From the NCBI GenBank assembly GCA_001795615.1, contig MGKI01000014.1, positions 5,380 to 69,379 on the forward strand: 64,000 nucleotides of DNA. The letters are read 5' to 3'. The notes under the pieces are model-generated. The model searched no databases, was not told where the DNA came from, and saw only the letters and a list, made by a program, of their open reading frames with translations. Numbering within the stretch: the stretch's first letter is position 1; each line of letters begins with the position of its first letter. Both the position numbers and the translations under genes were made by a program. Origin of the DNA: Candidatus Yanofskybacteria bacterium RIFCSPLOWO2_01_FULL_42_49. Lineage in GTDB: Bacteria > Patescibacteriota > Minisyncoccia > 2-02-FULL-40-12 > GWA2-44-9. Shown piece by piece: positions 17,176-26,957 of this stretch.

Positions 17176-18078
17176 CTATTTTTGAATTGAAAATGTGTCC
17201 GTTTTTCTTTCGATAGTTGGCCCAAATTGCATTTTGAACCACAACCCCCCGCTCTCAGATCCTTGCATATCCAATTCTTTATAACCTGCCCGTTTTATCC
17301 ACGCTAAATCTTCAAGCCACAAAATCAGTCCCAAGTCTTTTATAGAATAATCATGAATACCTATAATACCAGCAAACCTTCGAGAGTCATTCACAACTTC
17401 ATAACCAGCATTAAAACCTACTGGTCTCCCGTCTACAATTAAAATTCTTGCCGTTTTAAAACCCCTGAAACAATTATCTACTGCGTTGTGATACCAGAAA
17501 TCATAGACATAATTTGCTTCTTCCTTAAACAATGCGGCTTTTTTCCAATCGTTTATTATGGTGTGGAGAAAATCGCTATGGGTTTTTTCAAAATTAACAA
17601 CTTCCATTTTGTGCTCACGATTAAACTTGTTTCGGGCGTTTCTGATGTCTTTAAAGTGACCGCCAAGCAAGGTGGGATCAAATCGTTCCATGTCCAAAAC
17701 CGGCCAATCTAAAGAATAGTCTATTTTGCCCAAAACTATTTCATTCTTCTCCTTCAACAACGAGTAAATACTGTCGGATATATAATTGCACCAAATTTTA
17801 TTTATTCCTTCCCTAAATCCGAACTTAGCAAATTCAGTTATTTTATCGGTACTTGAATTTTTATCACACAGGGGGTCAGACCATATTTGCCACTCGCCAG
17901 GATAACTATGAAACAATACTCCGGTACCATCTTCAAATTCAGCAAAGGCCGGTTTTCCATCTGGCCCATTAAGGGCAACGGCAAACCAATTTAAATTATG
18001 GTCTGATGTCCAGCCATACTTATCAATACACGCTTGAATCCTGTCTCTTTCACTATTTATATCCTCTACTATCTTCAT
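17176..18078 (-). CDS. DUF2156 / phosphatidylglycerol lysyltransferase C-terminal-like (GNAT-fold) protein
   Basis: GGHFKDIRNARNKF, VDGRPVGFNAG, GYKELDMQGSESGGLWFK resemble the MprF-C/DUF2156 fold. Confidence 0.6.
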   Translation of the reverse strand: MKIVEDINSERDRIQACIDKYGWTSDHNLNWFAVALNGPDGKPAFAEFEDGTGVLFHSYPGEWQIWSDPLCDKNSSTDKITEFAKFGFREGINKIWCNYISDSIYSLLKEKNEIVLGKIDYSLDWPVLDMERFDPTLLGGHFKDIRNARNKFNREHKMEVVNFEKTHSDFLHTIINDWKKAALFKEEANYVYDFWYHNAVDNCFRGFKTARILIVDGRPVGFNAGYEVVNDSRRFAGIIGIHDYSIKDLGLILWLEDLAWIKRAGYKELDMQGSESGGLWFKMQFGPTIERKTDTFSIQK

Positions 18079-18088
18079 AGCCCGCGAG

Positions 18089-18207
18089 AATTTAAAATTT
18101 AAAAATCAAAATGAAAAATTACAATGTAAAATCTAAAATTTTCTGATTTCTGACTATTTTTACATTTTGAACTGTCATTTTACACTTTGATATTTACATT
18201 TTACATT
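18089..18207. repeat. Intergenic AT-rich heptamer tract forming an imperfect inverted repeat
   Basis: AATTTAA AATTTAA AAATCAA AATGAAA ... TTTTACA CTTTGAT ATTTACA TTTTACA TT. Confidence 0.65.
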
Positions 18208-18212
18208 ACAAC

Positions 18213-19883
18213 TCACCTTATAATATCTACTCCAGTTTTATAATTATTGAGCTCTAAATCATTTATTATAAATATCGCTCCCCAGTCACGGCCGGAGGCA
18301 TCCCATTGCTGGGGAGTGATGTTGAGCCAATGTTTTGTGCCATCGGGCCAAACGGCATAGACCTGTTCTTCGTTCACATATCTGACATAGTTTGCGGTTG
18401 TATATGAGTGAAATGTTGCCTCGTCAACTTCTATCGCTTTTACCGCGTCAAGATGGCCGTATAAGGCAATTATTTCCGGCCTTAAGTATCTCTTGTATTT
18501 GCCCTCAATGACATAAGTTTCATTCTCTGTCGCTTTTTTGATAAGGACTCCGTCTTTTAATACTGAACCGAAGTCAACCCCGAGCATCTTTTCTTCGAAT
18601 TTCACGGTTAAAGTTAAAAATGATGAAATTTCTTCTTTTCCAAAATCAGATATCTTTCTGTCGTTGATAGGAAAAATAAAGAAGTATTGGAGGCCTCCCG
18701 GATCGGTCACATAGAAATCTTTATCTAAAATACTGAATCGTCCTAAATTATCAGCATAAGCAAATTTGGAGTTAAAAGCCGGAGAAAGCTTGATTGCTTT
18801 GTTGTTAGAAAGAGAGCCACCTACTAAAAATTTGTGGCCATATACCTGCCAGGGCTTAAGTGAATAATCAAAAACGGACGATTCTGAACCAGAAAGTATC
18901 GTCAAACGCTGAGGAGTTGCCTTGAAATTTTTGAGGCCAGGTTTTGAATAACTAAATTCGGAATTAATCGAACTGTCATTAATGTAACTTGCCGCCAGCC
19001 AACCGCTGAAAGTATCGATAAATCTGTTGCTGTCACCCCTACTAGCAAGTATGCTGTTCATCGACGGGATACCCGCTAAGTTAGTCTGAAGAGTTTCCCT
19101 CAAAAAATCGGGGCCATATTGATCTGACACATATTCAGCAAATAAAGCCACCAGAGAATAATCTAAAGATACATTGGGCCACTCGGTCAAACTGTCAGAG
19201 GAATTATCGAAAAAAGTTTGAGCCCTTCTTTCAATGTTTGAATTGTAAAAAATATTGTTATAACCGACTAACGAAATAGAATATTCCGACCGCAATTCAT
19301 TCAGCCACACATCTTCGGTCGTATCTCTCAATATTTCTTTTTGGTTAAAAGAAATAAGGTGCTGAAACTCATGGGCAAGAAAAATTTTCTCATACGAACC
19401 GCCGATGGAATCAGCGCTGACTACAATCATTTCTCTTTCATTGGAATCGGGGGCCAATGTCTTTGAGTAACCGTTTGATGTGCTGAAATATCCGCCATTG
19501 CCCGACTTTAATTGTTCCAACAATATGGTTATGCGATTGTCGTCGTCCACTCCCGGTTTGGGCTCTTGTCCCCAGAAAGTAGTCTGGCTCGGGTATATGT
19601 CGGTATCAAAGTCACTGGCAAGCTGTTGCATTCCCGCCAATAAATCACTGCGCCCGATATGCCCGATATCATTCCAATAATCGTCGTCGACATAAAAATA
19701 CGCATGCTCGCTTATGAGTCTCAATGTTGCGGGCATTGACTTGCGGGCAAATTTATCGAAGGTTTCGTTGGTCTTAAAAACTTGGCCCTGCCCGATAACA
19801 TCGGCAGAAACAACAGAAAATACAAAAAACGGCACAGTTAGTACCGCAAATAAAATTATCGATAATTTTTTATTACTGAACAT
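18213..19883 (-). CDS. Secreted zinc metalloprotease (M30/M6-like) with C-terminal repeat domain
   Basis: Signal peptide; PGVDDDNRITIL, GGYF, LAHEFQHLI, WLNE; C-terminal DGVLIK...YVIEGKYKRY / YAVWPDGTKHWL repeats. Confidence 0.75.
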   Translation of the reverse strand: MFSNKKLSIILFAVLTVPFFVFSVVSADVIGQGQVFKTNETFDKFARKSMPATLRLISEHAYFYVDDDYWNDIGHIGRSDLLAGMQQLASDFDTDIYPSQTTFWGQEPKPGVDDDNRITILLEQLKSGNGGYFSTSNGYSKTLAPDSNEREMIVVSADSIGGSYEKIFLAHEFQHLISFNQKEILRDTTEDVWLNELRSEYSISLVGYNNIFYNSNIERRAQTFFDNSSDSLTEWPNVSLDYSLVALFAEYVSDQYGPDFLRETLQTNLAGIPSMNSILASRGDSNRFIDTFSGWLAASYINDSSINSEFSYSKPGLKNFKATPQRLTILSGSESSVFDYSLKPWQVYGHKFLVGGSLSNNKAIKLSPAFNSKFAYADNLGRFSILDKDFYVTDPGGLQYFFIFPINDRKISDFGKEEISSFLTLTVKFEEKMLGVDFGSVLKDGVLIKKATENETYVIEGKYKRYLRPEIIALYGHLDAVKAIEVDEATFHSYTTANYVRYVNEEQVYAVWPDGTKHWLNITPQQWDASGRDWGAIFIINDLELNNYKTGVDIIR

Positions 19884-19937
19884 TGTTACTATTGTAACAT
19901 AGAAGTCGGATTATAAAATCCCGTCGAGGCGGGATTA

Positions 19938-20903
19938 TTAGATTTCTTTTTTCTTGGCTAAAATTATTTCCTTGTCATGTCGTGAAACGTCCTCAACGGT
20001 AAGATTTTGAATTGATAGAAGGTCGGTATTGTAATTCCACAATGCGTTAAAAAACTGGCCAGTCTTCAGCAAAAGGTATTTGCGCATTCCAAAAACAGAT
20101 TTGGATAACCCCTCGACTGACATCATAAAGGCTCTCAAATCCTTAGGAAAACAGTATCCGCCAAATCCTCTATAAGAACCATGCCTCACATCAAGCCAGG
20201 CTGGTCCTATTCTCGGATCAGCGCCAAGAGCCTCTCTTACATTTTCGTAATTGACATTTAGCTTATATCCCGGAGCAGACTCTAACCCCTCACAAATATC
20301 ACAAATCATATTGCCAAAAGATACCTTCATCGCACCAAATACATTTGAAGCATATTTAATTACTTCCGCTTCGGTTGCAGTATGCCCTCTAACTTTATAT
20401 GTGGAAGCCAGCCACGGACTTTGATAGTACGAAACCGGCAACAAATTTAATACTGCCAAAGCAACATCTCTGCTTTTTTCGGTATAACCGACAATCTGTC
20501 GAACCGGCTTTAAAAAATCCTCCCATGCTTGTGATTCTGTAAGAAATTCCGGATTAAACAAAAACTTATGCTGGGAATGTTTTTTCTGAAGACCTTCGGT
20601 CGTGCCCGGCGGTACGGTTGATTTGATAACAATGATTTTCCCTCCCTTCACTCCGGCAACCACACTTTCAACGATAGATATATTGCAACTGCCATCCGGA
20701 TTGGGCGGAGTGGGAACAGACACAAAAATAATGTCTGCCAAATTATAATCGTCAAAATATCCCTTTGTAGGATCGGCATCATAACAGAACAGACCAGTTC
20801 CACGCTGAAATCCTCTTTTTTCTACAAACCATCTTCGTATGGGTTCGCCCACCATTCCCAAACCGATTATCCCAATTTTCAAGTTTCTAGTCGTTTCAAC
20901 CAT
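19938..20903 (-). CDS. UDP-glucose/GDP-mannose dehydrogenase family protein (lacks C-terminal domain)
   Basis: IGIIGLGMVG, VSVPTP, IKSTVPPGTT, FNPEFL, AEVIKYASN, GFGGYCFPKD; start moved to ATG 20903. Confidence 0.88.
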   Translation of the reverse strand: MVETTRNLKIGIIGLGMVGEPIRRWFVEKRGFQRGTGLFCYDADPTKGYFDDYNLADIIFVSVPTPPNPDGSCNISIVESVVAGVKGGKIIVIKSTVPPGTTEGLQKKHSQHKFLFNPEFLTESQAWEDFLKPVRQIVGYTEKSRDVALAVLNLLPVSYYQSPWLASTYKVRGHTATEAEVIKYASNVFGAMKVSFGNMICDICEGLESAPGYKLNVNYENVREALGADPRIGPAWLDVRHGSYRGFGGYCFPKDLRAFMMSVEGLSKSVFGMRKYLLLKTGQFFNALWNYNTDLLSIQNLTVEDVSRHDKEIILAKKKEI

Positions 20904-21002
20904 TGAAATTCCCTTCAGTTTTAGAGAGAATAATACCATGTGTTAATAATTTATCTACTTTGACATAATTGTATTTTTAATGTATTGTTTGGCAACTAGC
21001 AT

Positions 21003-22379
21003 ATGAAGAAATTCTTACTATTTATATCCGACCTCGCCGTACTTTTCGGCTCTCTTTTATTAACCCTTTATTTGAGATACGGACAGACGTTTTCCGAAAA
21101 ACTGGAATTCCACCTTGCGCCTTTTTCATTAATTTTTGCCGTTTGGCTAATTGTTTTTTATATTGCCAACTTATACGAGCCGGCAACCCTGAGAAACAAC
21201 ATCCATTTTTATTCTGCCCTTCTTCAAGCAATCATTATCTCATCAGTAGTTTCCCTCACGCTCTTTTATCTGGTCCCTCTTTTTAAAATCGCCCCCAAAA
21301 CAAACTTTGCCATTTTTGCGGCAATTTTTACCGGATTAGAATTTAGCGCAAGATTCGGCTTTAACAGAATATTCGAGAAAAAATTCAAAAAAACCGTCCT
21401 CATTGTGGGACTAAACAGACAAGCATTCGAATTGGCTCAATTTATTAAAAACAATCCCCAACTTGGTTATGAACTTAAATGCGTTGTTGACCTCACACCC
21501 AACCAGCCGGATGATCCGCCAACTGGCGGAGAAGAGGAATTTAAAAAATTCGGTATAATTCAGGGCTTGGATAACCTAGAAAAACAAATCAAAGAAGAAA
21601 AAATAGACGCAATAGTGATAAGCCCGGAAGCATATCAAAATCCCGAAACAATAAACATTTTCTACAAGTCCCTCGAACAGAAAATTTCTTTCTTCAACTT
21701 GGCATCATTCTACGAACGGCTCACCGGCAAAGTGCCTCTGGGCGCCATAAACCAAATCTGGTTTTTGGAAAATCTAAGCGAGGGCAAAAAAAGAGGCTAC
21801 GAAATCGCCAAAAGGTTTTTTGATACGGTGTTCGCGGTTATAATCGGAATAGTTTCTTTAATTTTTTATCCCTTGATAGCGCTTGTAATTAAAATAAGCT
21901 CCCCGGGGCCAATATTTTATAGACAACGAAGGTTCGGACAAGCAGGCAAAACTTTTGAGATAGTAAAATTCAGAACAATGCGCCGGGATGCGGAAAAGGA
22001 AACGGGCGCCGTCTGGGCCGCAGAGAACGATCCCAGGATAACAAAAGTAGGCAACATTTTAAGAAAAACCCGCCTGGACGAGATCCCCCAGGTTTGGAAT
22101 ATATTGAAAGGCGAAATGTCTTTCGTGGGGCCTCGCGCCGAACGACCTGAATTTCACAATAAATTACAAAAAGATGTGCCGTTTTATGAAGAGAGGTATT
22201 TGATAAAACCAGGCCTTACCGGCTGGGCACAGATAAATTTCCACTACGGTTCGTCTGTAAGCGACGCCGCAGAAAAATTAAAATACGACCTATATTACAT
22301 AAAAAACAGGTCTCTTCTCTTAGATCTGGGCATCATCCTCAAAACTATTCGCATTGCCGCAGGACAAGCCGGGAGGTGA
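21003..22379 (+). CDS. WcaJ/CpsE-type polyprenyl-phosphate glycosylphosphotransferase
   Basis: N-terminal TMs, KRFFD, SPGPIFYRQ, KFRTM, DPRITKVG, LDEIPQ, SFVGPRAERP, KPGLTGWAQ, DLYYI. Confidence 0.93.
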   Translation: MKKFLLFISDLAVLFGSLLLTLYLRYGQTFSEKLEFHLAPFSLIFAVWLIVFYIANLYEPATLRNNIHFYSALLQAIIISSVVSLTLFYLVPLFKIAPKTNFAIFAAIFTGLEFSARFGFNRIFEKKFKKTVLIVGLNRQAFELAQFIKNNPQLGYELKCVVDLTPNQPDDPPTGGEEEFKKFGIIQGLDNLEKQIKEEKIDAIVISPEAYQNPETINIFYKSLEQKISFFNLASFYERLTGKVPLGAINQIWFLENLSEGKKRGYEIAKRFFDTVFAVIIGIVSLIFYPLIALVIKISSPGPIFYRQRRFGQAGKTFEIVKFRTMRRDAEKETGAVWAAENDPRITKVGNILRKTRLDEIPQVWNILKGEMSFVGPRAERPEFHNKLQKDVPFYEERYLIKPGLTGWAQINFHYGSSVSDAAEKLKYDLYYIKNRSLLLDLGIILKTIRIAAGQAGR

Positions 22380-22398
22380 AAATCGCGCCCTTAGCGTT

Positions 22399-22551
22399 CT
22401 AATCTCTAAATCCTAATTTCTAATCTCTAATAATCTCAAAATCCTAATTTTCAAAATTTCCGCCAGAGGCGGATCTGCCTCCGGCATGACAAAATGTTTT
22501 GGATTTTGATATTTGATATTGTTTAGAGTTTAGGGTTTAGAATTTAGGATT
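22399..22551. repeat. Composite intergenic element: heptamer arms around a family-B palindrome
   Basis: CTAATCT CTAAATC CTAATTT CTAATCT... left arm; TTTCCGCCAGAGGCGGATCTGCCTCCGGC core (22457-22485); ...TTTAGAG TTTAGGG TTTAGAA TTTAGGA right arm. Confidence 0.8.
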
Positions 22552-23248
22552 TTATCTTTAATCTCCACGGTAACCAAACCGCTTCCCAAATTATCTTGGA
22601 CGACATTTTTGACTGGCCTTCTCTACGCTCGCTAAATAATATGGGGTACTCGACGGCGCTACAACCAGCCTTGATAAGACGATATTTAAGTTCCACCAAA
22701 AAAGCATAGCCATCCGAACTTATTTCGTCCAAATTTATTTTCCTCAAAACATCCGCCCGATAAGCATTGAAGCCAGTCGTAGCATCCATAACAGGAAAAC
22801 CTAGAATTATTTTGACATAAAAATTGGCAAACCTACTTAATATTTGTCTAAAAAAACTCCAATTCTTAACTCCCCCGCCTTGAACATAACGGGAACCGAT
22901 AGAAATATCGTAATTATCCAGATCTTTGAGCAGGGCAGGTACAATGTTAAAATCATGCGAAAAATCGGCATCCATGGTCACAAGGAATTCGTAATTCTTA
23001 TCAAGAACCCATTTGAGTCCGTCTATACTTGAACGCCCGTAGCCAAAATCTTCCAACCGCTTTAGAATAAAGAGGTTATTATAATTCTGTCTTAATCCTT
23101 CAACCAATTCCTGCGTACCGTCATTTGAATTATCGTCAACAACCAAAACTGAAATATCCGGCATCAAGCCAAAAATCGCCGGAATTAGTTTCTCAAGATT
23201 TTCCTTTTCGTTAAGAGTTGGTATTAGAATGATTGATCGGTCATGCAT
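22544..23248 (-). CDS. GT2 polyprenol-monophosphomannose synthase-like glycosyltransferase
   Basis: IPTLNEKEN, VVDDNSNDGT, MDADFSH, IGSRYVQGG, DATTGF, ERREGQSKMS; start moved to ATG 23248. Confidence 0.9.
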   Translation of the reverse strand: MHDRSIILIPTLNEKENLEKLIPAIFGLMPDISVLVVDDNSNDGTQELVEGLRQNYNNLFILKRLEDFGYGRSSIDGLKWVLDKNYEFLVTMDADFSHDFNIVPALLKDLDNYDISIGSRYVQGGGVKNWSFFRQILSRFANFYVKIILGFPVMDATTGFNAYRADVLRKINLDEISSDGYAFLVELKYRLIKAGCSAVEYPILFSERREGQSKMSSKIIWEAVWLPWRLKIKS

Positions 23249-23277
23249 TGTTCTTGTGCCTGAAATTGGTTCAGCGG

Positions 23278-24588
23278 TTATTTTAATTTTTTTATTAAGT
23301 AAGTGAATGAGATAATATGACTTACCGAAAACCATATCGTAACCATTACGACGCTTCCCCACAAGCCATAATTTTTAATAAGCCACAACCCGAGAGGAAC
23401 ACCACCGGCCAGAATTAATGAATTGATTATAATAGAAACCTTGACCTTATTGATCGCACGCCACATCGGACCCAAACCAACTCCTATGCCGAACAAGGAA
23501 CCGTAGGCGATAAGTCCGAAAATATATTTAATGCTGGGGAGATAGCTTTCACCGTAAAGAATTCTAAACACAACAGGCGAGACAATCGCCACCCCAAAAG
23601 ACAATACGGCTGAAAGAGCCAAAGAATACAGGGATATTTTTTTAAAATTTCTGTACAGTAATTCCCTATCCTGTATCTGAATTTTTGGAAACTCAACATT
23701 TAAAAGTATTGAAATCGGGCCAAGCAAACTTAGAGCAAGATTAGTATAGCCGAAAGCCAGTTTAAAAAACGACACCTCGGAAGAAGTAACATAGATGCCC
23801 GTGAGAATAACCGGCAGAGCCATGTATACATTACCCATATTCCTGTCCAAAGCCACCCAGAAAGTAAACCCAAAATATTTCTTGATATCTACTGTTTTGG
23901 CAATGTGAACAAGACGGCCCAAGCCGGGAAACAACGGTTCACTTTGAGCAAACTTAATGAAAAAGACGGAGCAGGCGATAAAAATAATGACGGCCCCCGC
24001 CAGTTGGCCGCCGATTGCGCCTAAAACGCCGAAACCCAAAAGAACAAAACTTAAAGATAACGCATATCTTAACGACTGATCAGACAAAAGCAAAGCGGCA
24101 AGAGACTTAACCCTTCCGGTAACCTGAAAAGATGAATACGTGAGAGTGAATAAAAACGAGGATAAAATAGCGGCAACCACCACAATGGCGGCATAAATTC
24201 CAATTAAAGAATCACCGTACAGCCTGTCGGCTATAGTCGGTAAAAAGGCAGAAACGGCAACAACCACCAAGGCAGCAAAGAAAGTTATTTTTAGCATGAA
24301 TCCCAGGATATTTTCCACCTCCGTCCCATCCCCCTTAGCGTAAGCCCTGCCAAGCAAACTGGACACCGCCTCTTGTATACCCATGCCCAATATCAGACTG
24401 GTCATACTGGCCATGCCTATTGCAAGCGAATAAACGCCGAAAAGTTCCGGCTGAAGCAACCGGGCAATAATAATCCCAATACCAGCTTGAATTATATTTC
24501 CGGCAAAACTCCCCGCCTGAAGAGTGGCAACATTGCGTATGAACAGGTGCTGTTTTAAACTCCAAATTTTGTTTTTAATTTTGTTCAA
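23278..24588 (-). CDS. wzx: Wzx-type oligosaccharide flippase
   Basis: ~12 TMs, IIARLLQPELFGVY, LYGESY, YGLWG; glycan-locus context. Confidence 0.8.
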   Translation of the reverse strand: MNKIKNKIWSLKQHLFIRNVATLQAGSFAGNIIQAGIGIIIARLLQPELFGVYSLAIGMASMTSLILGMGIQEAVSSLLGRAYAKGDGTEVENILGFMLKITFFAALVVVAVSAFLPTIADRLYGDSLIGIYAAIVVVAAILSSFLFTLTYSSFQVTGRVKSLAALLLSDQSLRYALSLSFVLLGFGVLGAIGGQLAGAVIIFIACSVFFIKFAQSEPLFPGLGRLVHIAKTVDIKKYFGFTFWVALDRNMGNVYMALPVILTGIYVTSSEVSFFKLAFGYTNLALSLLGPISILLNVEFPKIQIQDRELLYRNFKKISLYSLALSAVLSFGVAIVSPVVFRILYGESYLPSIKYIFGLIAYGSLFGIGVGLGPMWRAINKVKVSIIINSLILAGGVPLGLWLIKNYGLWGSVVMVTIWFSVSHIISFTYLIKKLK

Positions 24589-25742
24589 TTTAATCTTTTC
24601 TTATTGGAAAATAAGGACAAGACAATTGTTGCCCAGAACGGTAAAAGGTAAATAAAGATATTAGACCAAAATTCTTGGCCGAAATAATTCCAAATAGGAA
24701 GAAAAACAAAGAAAGAGTCGACAAGAACCAGCCACATAAGCCAGCGGTATTTCAGCAAATAACTGACCGAAGCCAAAGCAAACAAAGTCGTCATCGGCAG
24801 AAGGTATTTTGAGAAAGAAAAGGTTAAACTGCCGACGAGCAGAAAATTTAAAATTATCGCCGCAATGCTTTCTTTTCTCAACCGCAGGCTCTTGTTAAAC
24901 CATAACGCACAAGCACCCAACATGATAACAATCGGCGAAATCATTATCTTGCGGAAGTGCAAAAGTAAATTAGCACCGACTCTTAAAAACCCTTTGATGC
25001 CGGGTACAAAACTTTCAATTAAAGGGGGTGGATTACCGGCATCAAAATTACCTTCATAAGAATTAATAGCGGCATTGTTTACTAAATGGCCGGTTTGATA
25101 AAAACTTGCTCCCAGATAAGCCCCGCCAATAGCCAAAGCAATAACAACCCACATCAATTTAAGGGCGCCGAATCTCGTTACATTAATACTTAATAATCTT
25201 AATTTAGTTAGTTTAAACTGCGGCCAAAAATCTTTTACGAACAACGGGAGCAAAGTTAAGGCAAACGGCTTTACTATTCCCCCTACCCCCCAAACTATCG
25301 GCGTCCAGGCTTTTTTATTAATAGCGGTATAAATTATTAGGAGAATAAAAAACAAAAGAGCCGCTTCCTGAAATCCTCGCATCATTGTTGTATACGGGTA
25401 AGGGGTAAGCAAAAATAAAATTAAAAAATAATATCCCGCCCTTCTACTATCATAAAAATCCCTGCCGACCAAATACGCCAGCGGAACGGAAAGCAGAGAA
25501 AATATCATTGAAGCAATAATTATAGAGTTATGCGAACCGGTCAACCAAAATACCGGCACCGCAAAAAAAGATAATCCCTGGAAGCCGTAAAATGACTTGA
25601 AATCGAGCTTCCCTCGTGATAGCGACTCGGCAAAACCCTCATAATGGAAACCGTCATCCATCATAACCGGAGTTGCTGCGATAAAATAAGCTGCCGTTAA
25701 AACAACGACAAAAATTATAACTTTGCTTTCAACGCTAAACAT
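24585..25742 (-). CDS. Polytopic membrane protein, GT-C-fold glycosyltransferase-like
   Basis: DDGFHY acidic first loop, multiple TMs, FQEAA, IVKPF. Confidence 0.55.
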   Translation of the reverse strand: MFSVESKVIIFVVVLTAAYFIAATPVMMDDGFHYEGFAESLSRGKLDFKSFYGFQGLSFFAVPVFWLTGSHNSIIIASMIFSLLSVPLAYLVGRDFYDSRRAGYYFLILFLLTPYPYTTMMRGFQEAALLFFILLIIYTAINKKAWTPIVWGVGGIVKPFALTLLPLFVKDFWPQFKLTKLRLLSINVTRFGALKLMWVVIALAIGGAYLGASFYQTGHLVNNAAINSYEGNFDAGNPPPLIESFVPGIKGFLRVGANLLLHFRKIMISPIVIMLGACALWFNKSLRLRKESIAAIILNFLLVGSLTFSFSKYLLPMTTLFALASVSYLLKYRWLMWLVLVDSFFVFLPIWNYFGQEFWSNIFIYLLPFWATIVLSLFSNKKRLN

Positions 25743-25891
25743 TAAAATAGGGTATAAATAAGCGGCCCAAAAACAGATGTCTCAGCAAAAACAATTAAAA
25801 AACCAAGGAGGATAAGAAAAACTATTATCGGTGTTATCCACCATTTTTTTCTTATCTTCATATATAACCAGAGCTCTTTAAAAATTCCCAT
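25742..25891 (-). CDS. Small membrane protein, DUF5989/SxtK-like (49 aa; missed by the ORF track)
   Basis: Hand translation MGIFKELWLYMKIRKKWWITPIIVFLILLGFLIVFAETSVFGPLIYTLF; RKKWW..P and P.IYTLF hallmark; lies next to SGNH and carbamoyltransferase genes. Confidence 0.85.
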   Translation of the reverse strand: MGIFKELWLYMKIRKKWWITPIIVFLILLGFLIVFAETSVFGPLIYTLF

Positions 25892-26957
25892 TTTGATTTC
25901 TTAAAAATTCAGACAAATAATCGCTGATACCCTCGGCTATAATTGACTGGCCGTGATTGTTGGGGTGACCATCTAAGGGATAGTATCCAACTTTATCCGG
26001 ATTAATTCTAGCCCAATCTACAAAATACGGCAACAAATCAACGAAATTTATATTTTCTTTCTCTAAAAACGACATCAGCCCCCGCTGCAGTTTTAACTCA
26101 TCAGAGTTTCCGTCTTTATTATAAACTTGCCCGGCTGACGGCAAAATCGCGACGACAAAAGACACGCCATTGCCATCAGCCAATTCTTCAATATTTTTTA
26201 CCAATGCAGTCGTACGGTCAAGTTGTTTTTTGATATCAACCCGGCTGTCTTTCTCGCTATCTATCCCACTGATTATATCCGTATCATTCTTATTTTTTAG
26301 CAGATAAGCCAGCACCTTATTTTTTGATTTTTTCCTTAAAATAAATCTCCAGACAGAGAAGTGGTTTCTGGCAAAGAGCTTGATTTGATTTTTTAATTCC
26401 CGATATTTCGAAAAGGAAGCATCAGGATCGATATTTCCACTCATATTATCCGAGAAATCGTTGCCGGTAAAAAACCCCAGAACCACAATATCCGGATTAA
26501 ATTTCAGCCCCTTATCCTTCAAAACATAGTACTCTCTTTGCGTACCATAACCAGCTATGCCCATATTTAAGACTTCAAAATTGGTGTTTCTAAAGTTACT
26601 CTTCAGGCCATCTTCCAGCAACCGAGAATAAGATTCTTCTTCGGACACCTGAAATGCCTCAGTAAGAGAGTCGCCTATGGTTAAAATACGAACAATATTT
26701 TCTGGTTTTACATAACTATAGTCCCGACCGATAAAACCGTCTTTATTTATCCTAACTTTAACCGAAAATTCTTCACCTCTGGAATAGCCGTTCTTGTTCG
26801 GAACATGGACCCAGCCGAGAACCGAATCCTGCATAATAAGATTATCGCTTTCTGTCCCAAGGGTTCTGACCACAATCTCCGATAAAATAAAAAGGGATAT
26901 AAAAGTACAGCAAGCTATGGTCGGTCCCATTAAAATTTTCTTGATATTAGTCAACAT
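25878..26957 (-). CDS. SGNH/GDSL hydrolase-family membrane-anchored protein
   Basis: IGDSLTE, NMGIAGYGT, GND, DGHPN; N-terminal TM. Confidence 0.88.
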   Translation of the reverse strand: MLTNIKKILMGPTIACCTFISLFILSEIVVRTLGTESDNLIMQDSVLGWVHVPNKNGYSRGEEFSVKVRINKDGFIGRDYSYVKPENIVRILTIGDSLTEAFQVSEEESYSRLLEDGLKSNFRNTNFEVLNMGIAGYGTQREYYVLKDKGLKFNPDIVVLGFFTGNDFSDNMSGNIDPDASFSKYRELKNQIKLFARNHFSVWRFILRKKSKNKVLAYLLKNKNDTDIISGIDSEKDSRVDIKKQLDRTTALVKNIEELADGNGVSFVVAILPSAGQVYNKDGNSDELKLQRGLMSFLEKENINFVDLLPYFVDWARINPDKVGYYPLDGHPNNHGQSIIAEGISDYLSEFLRNQNGNF

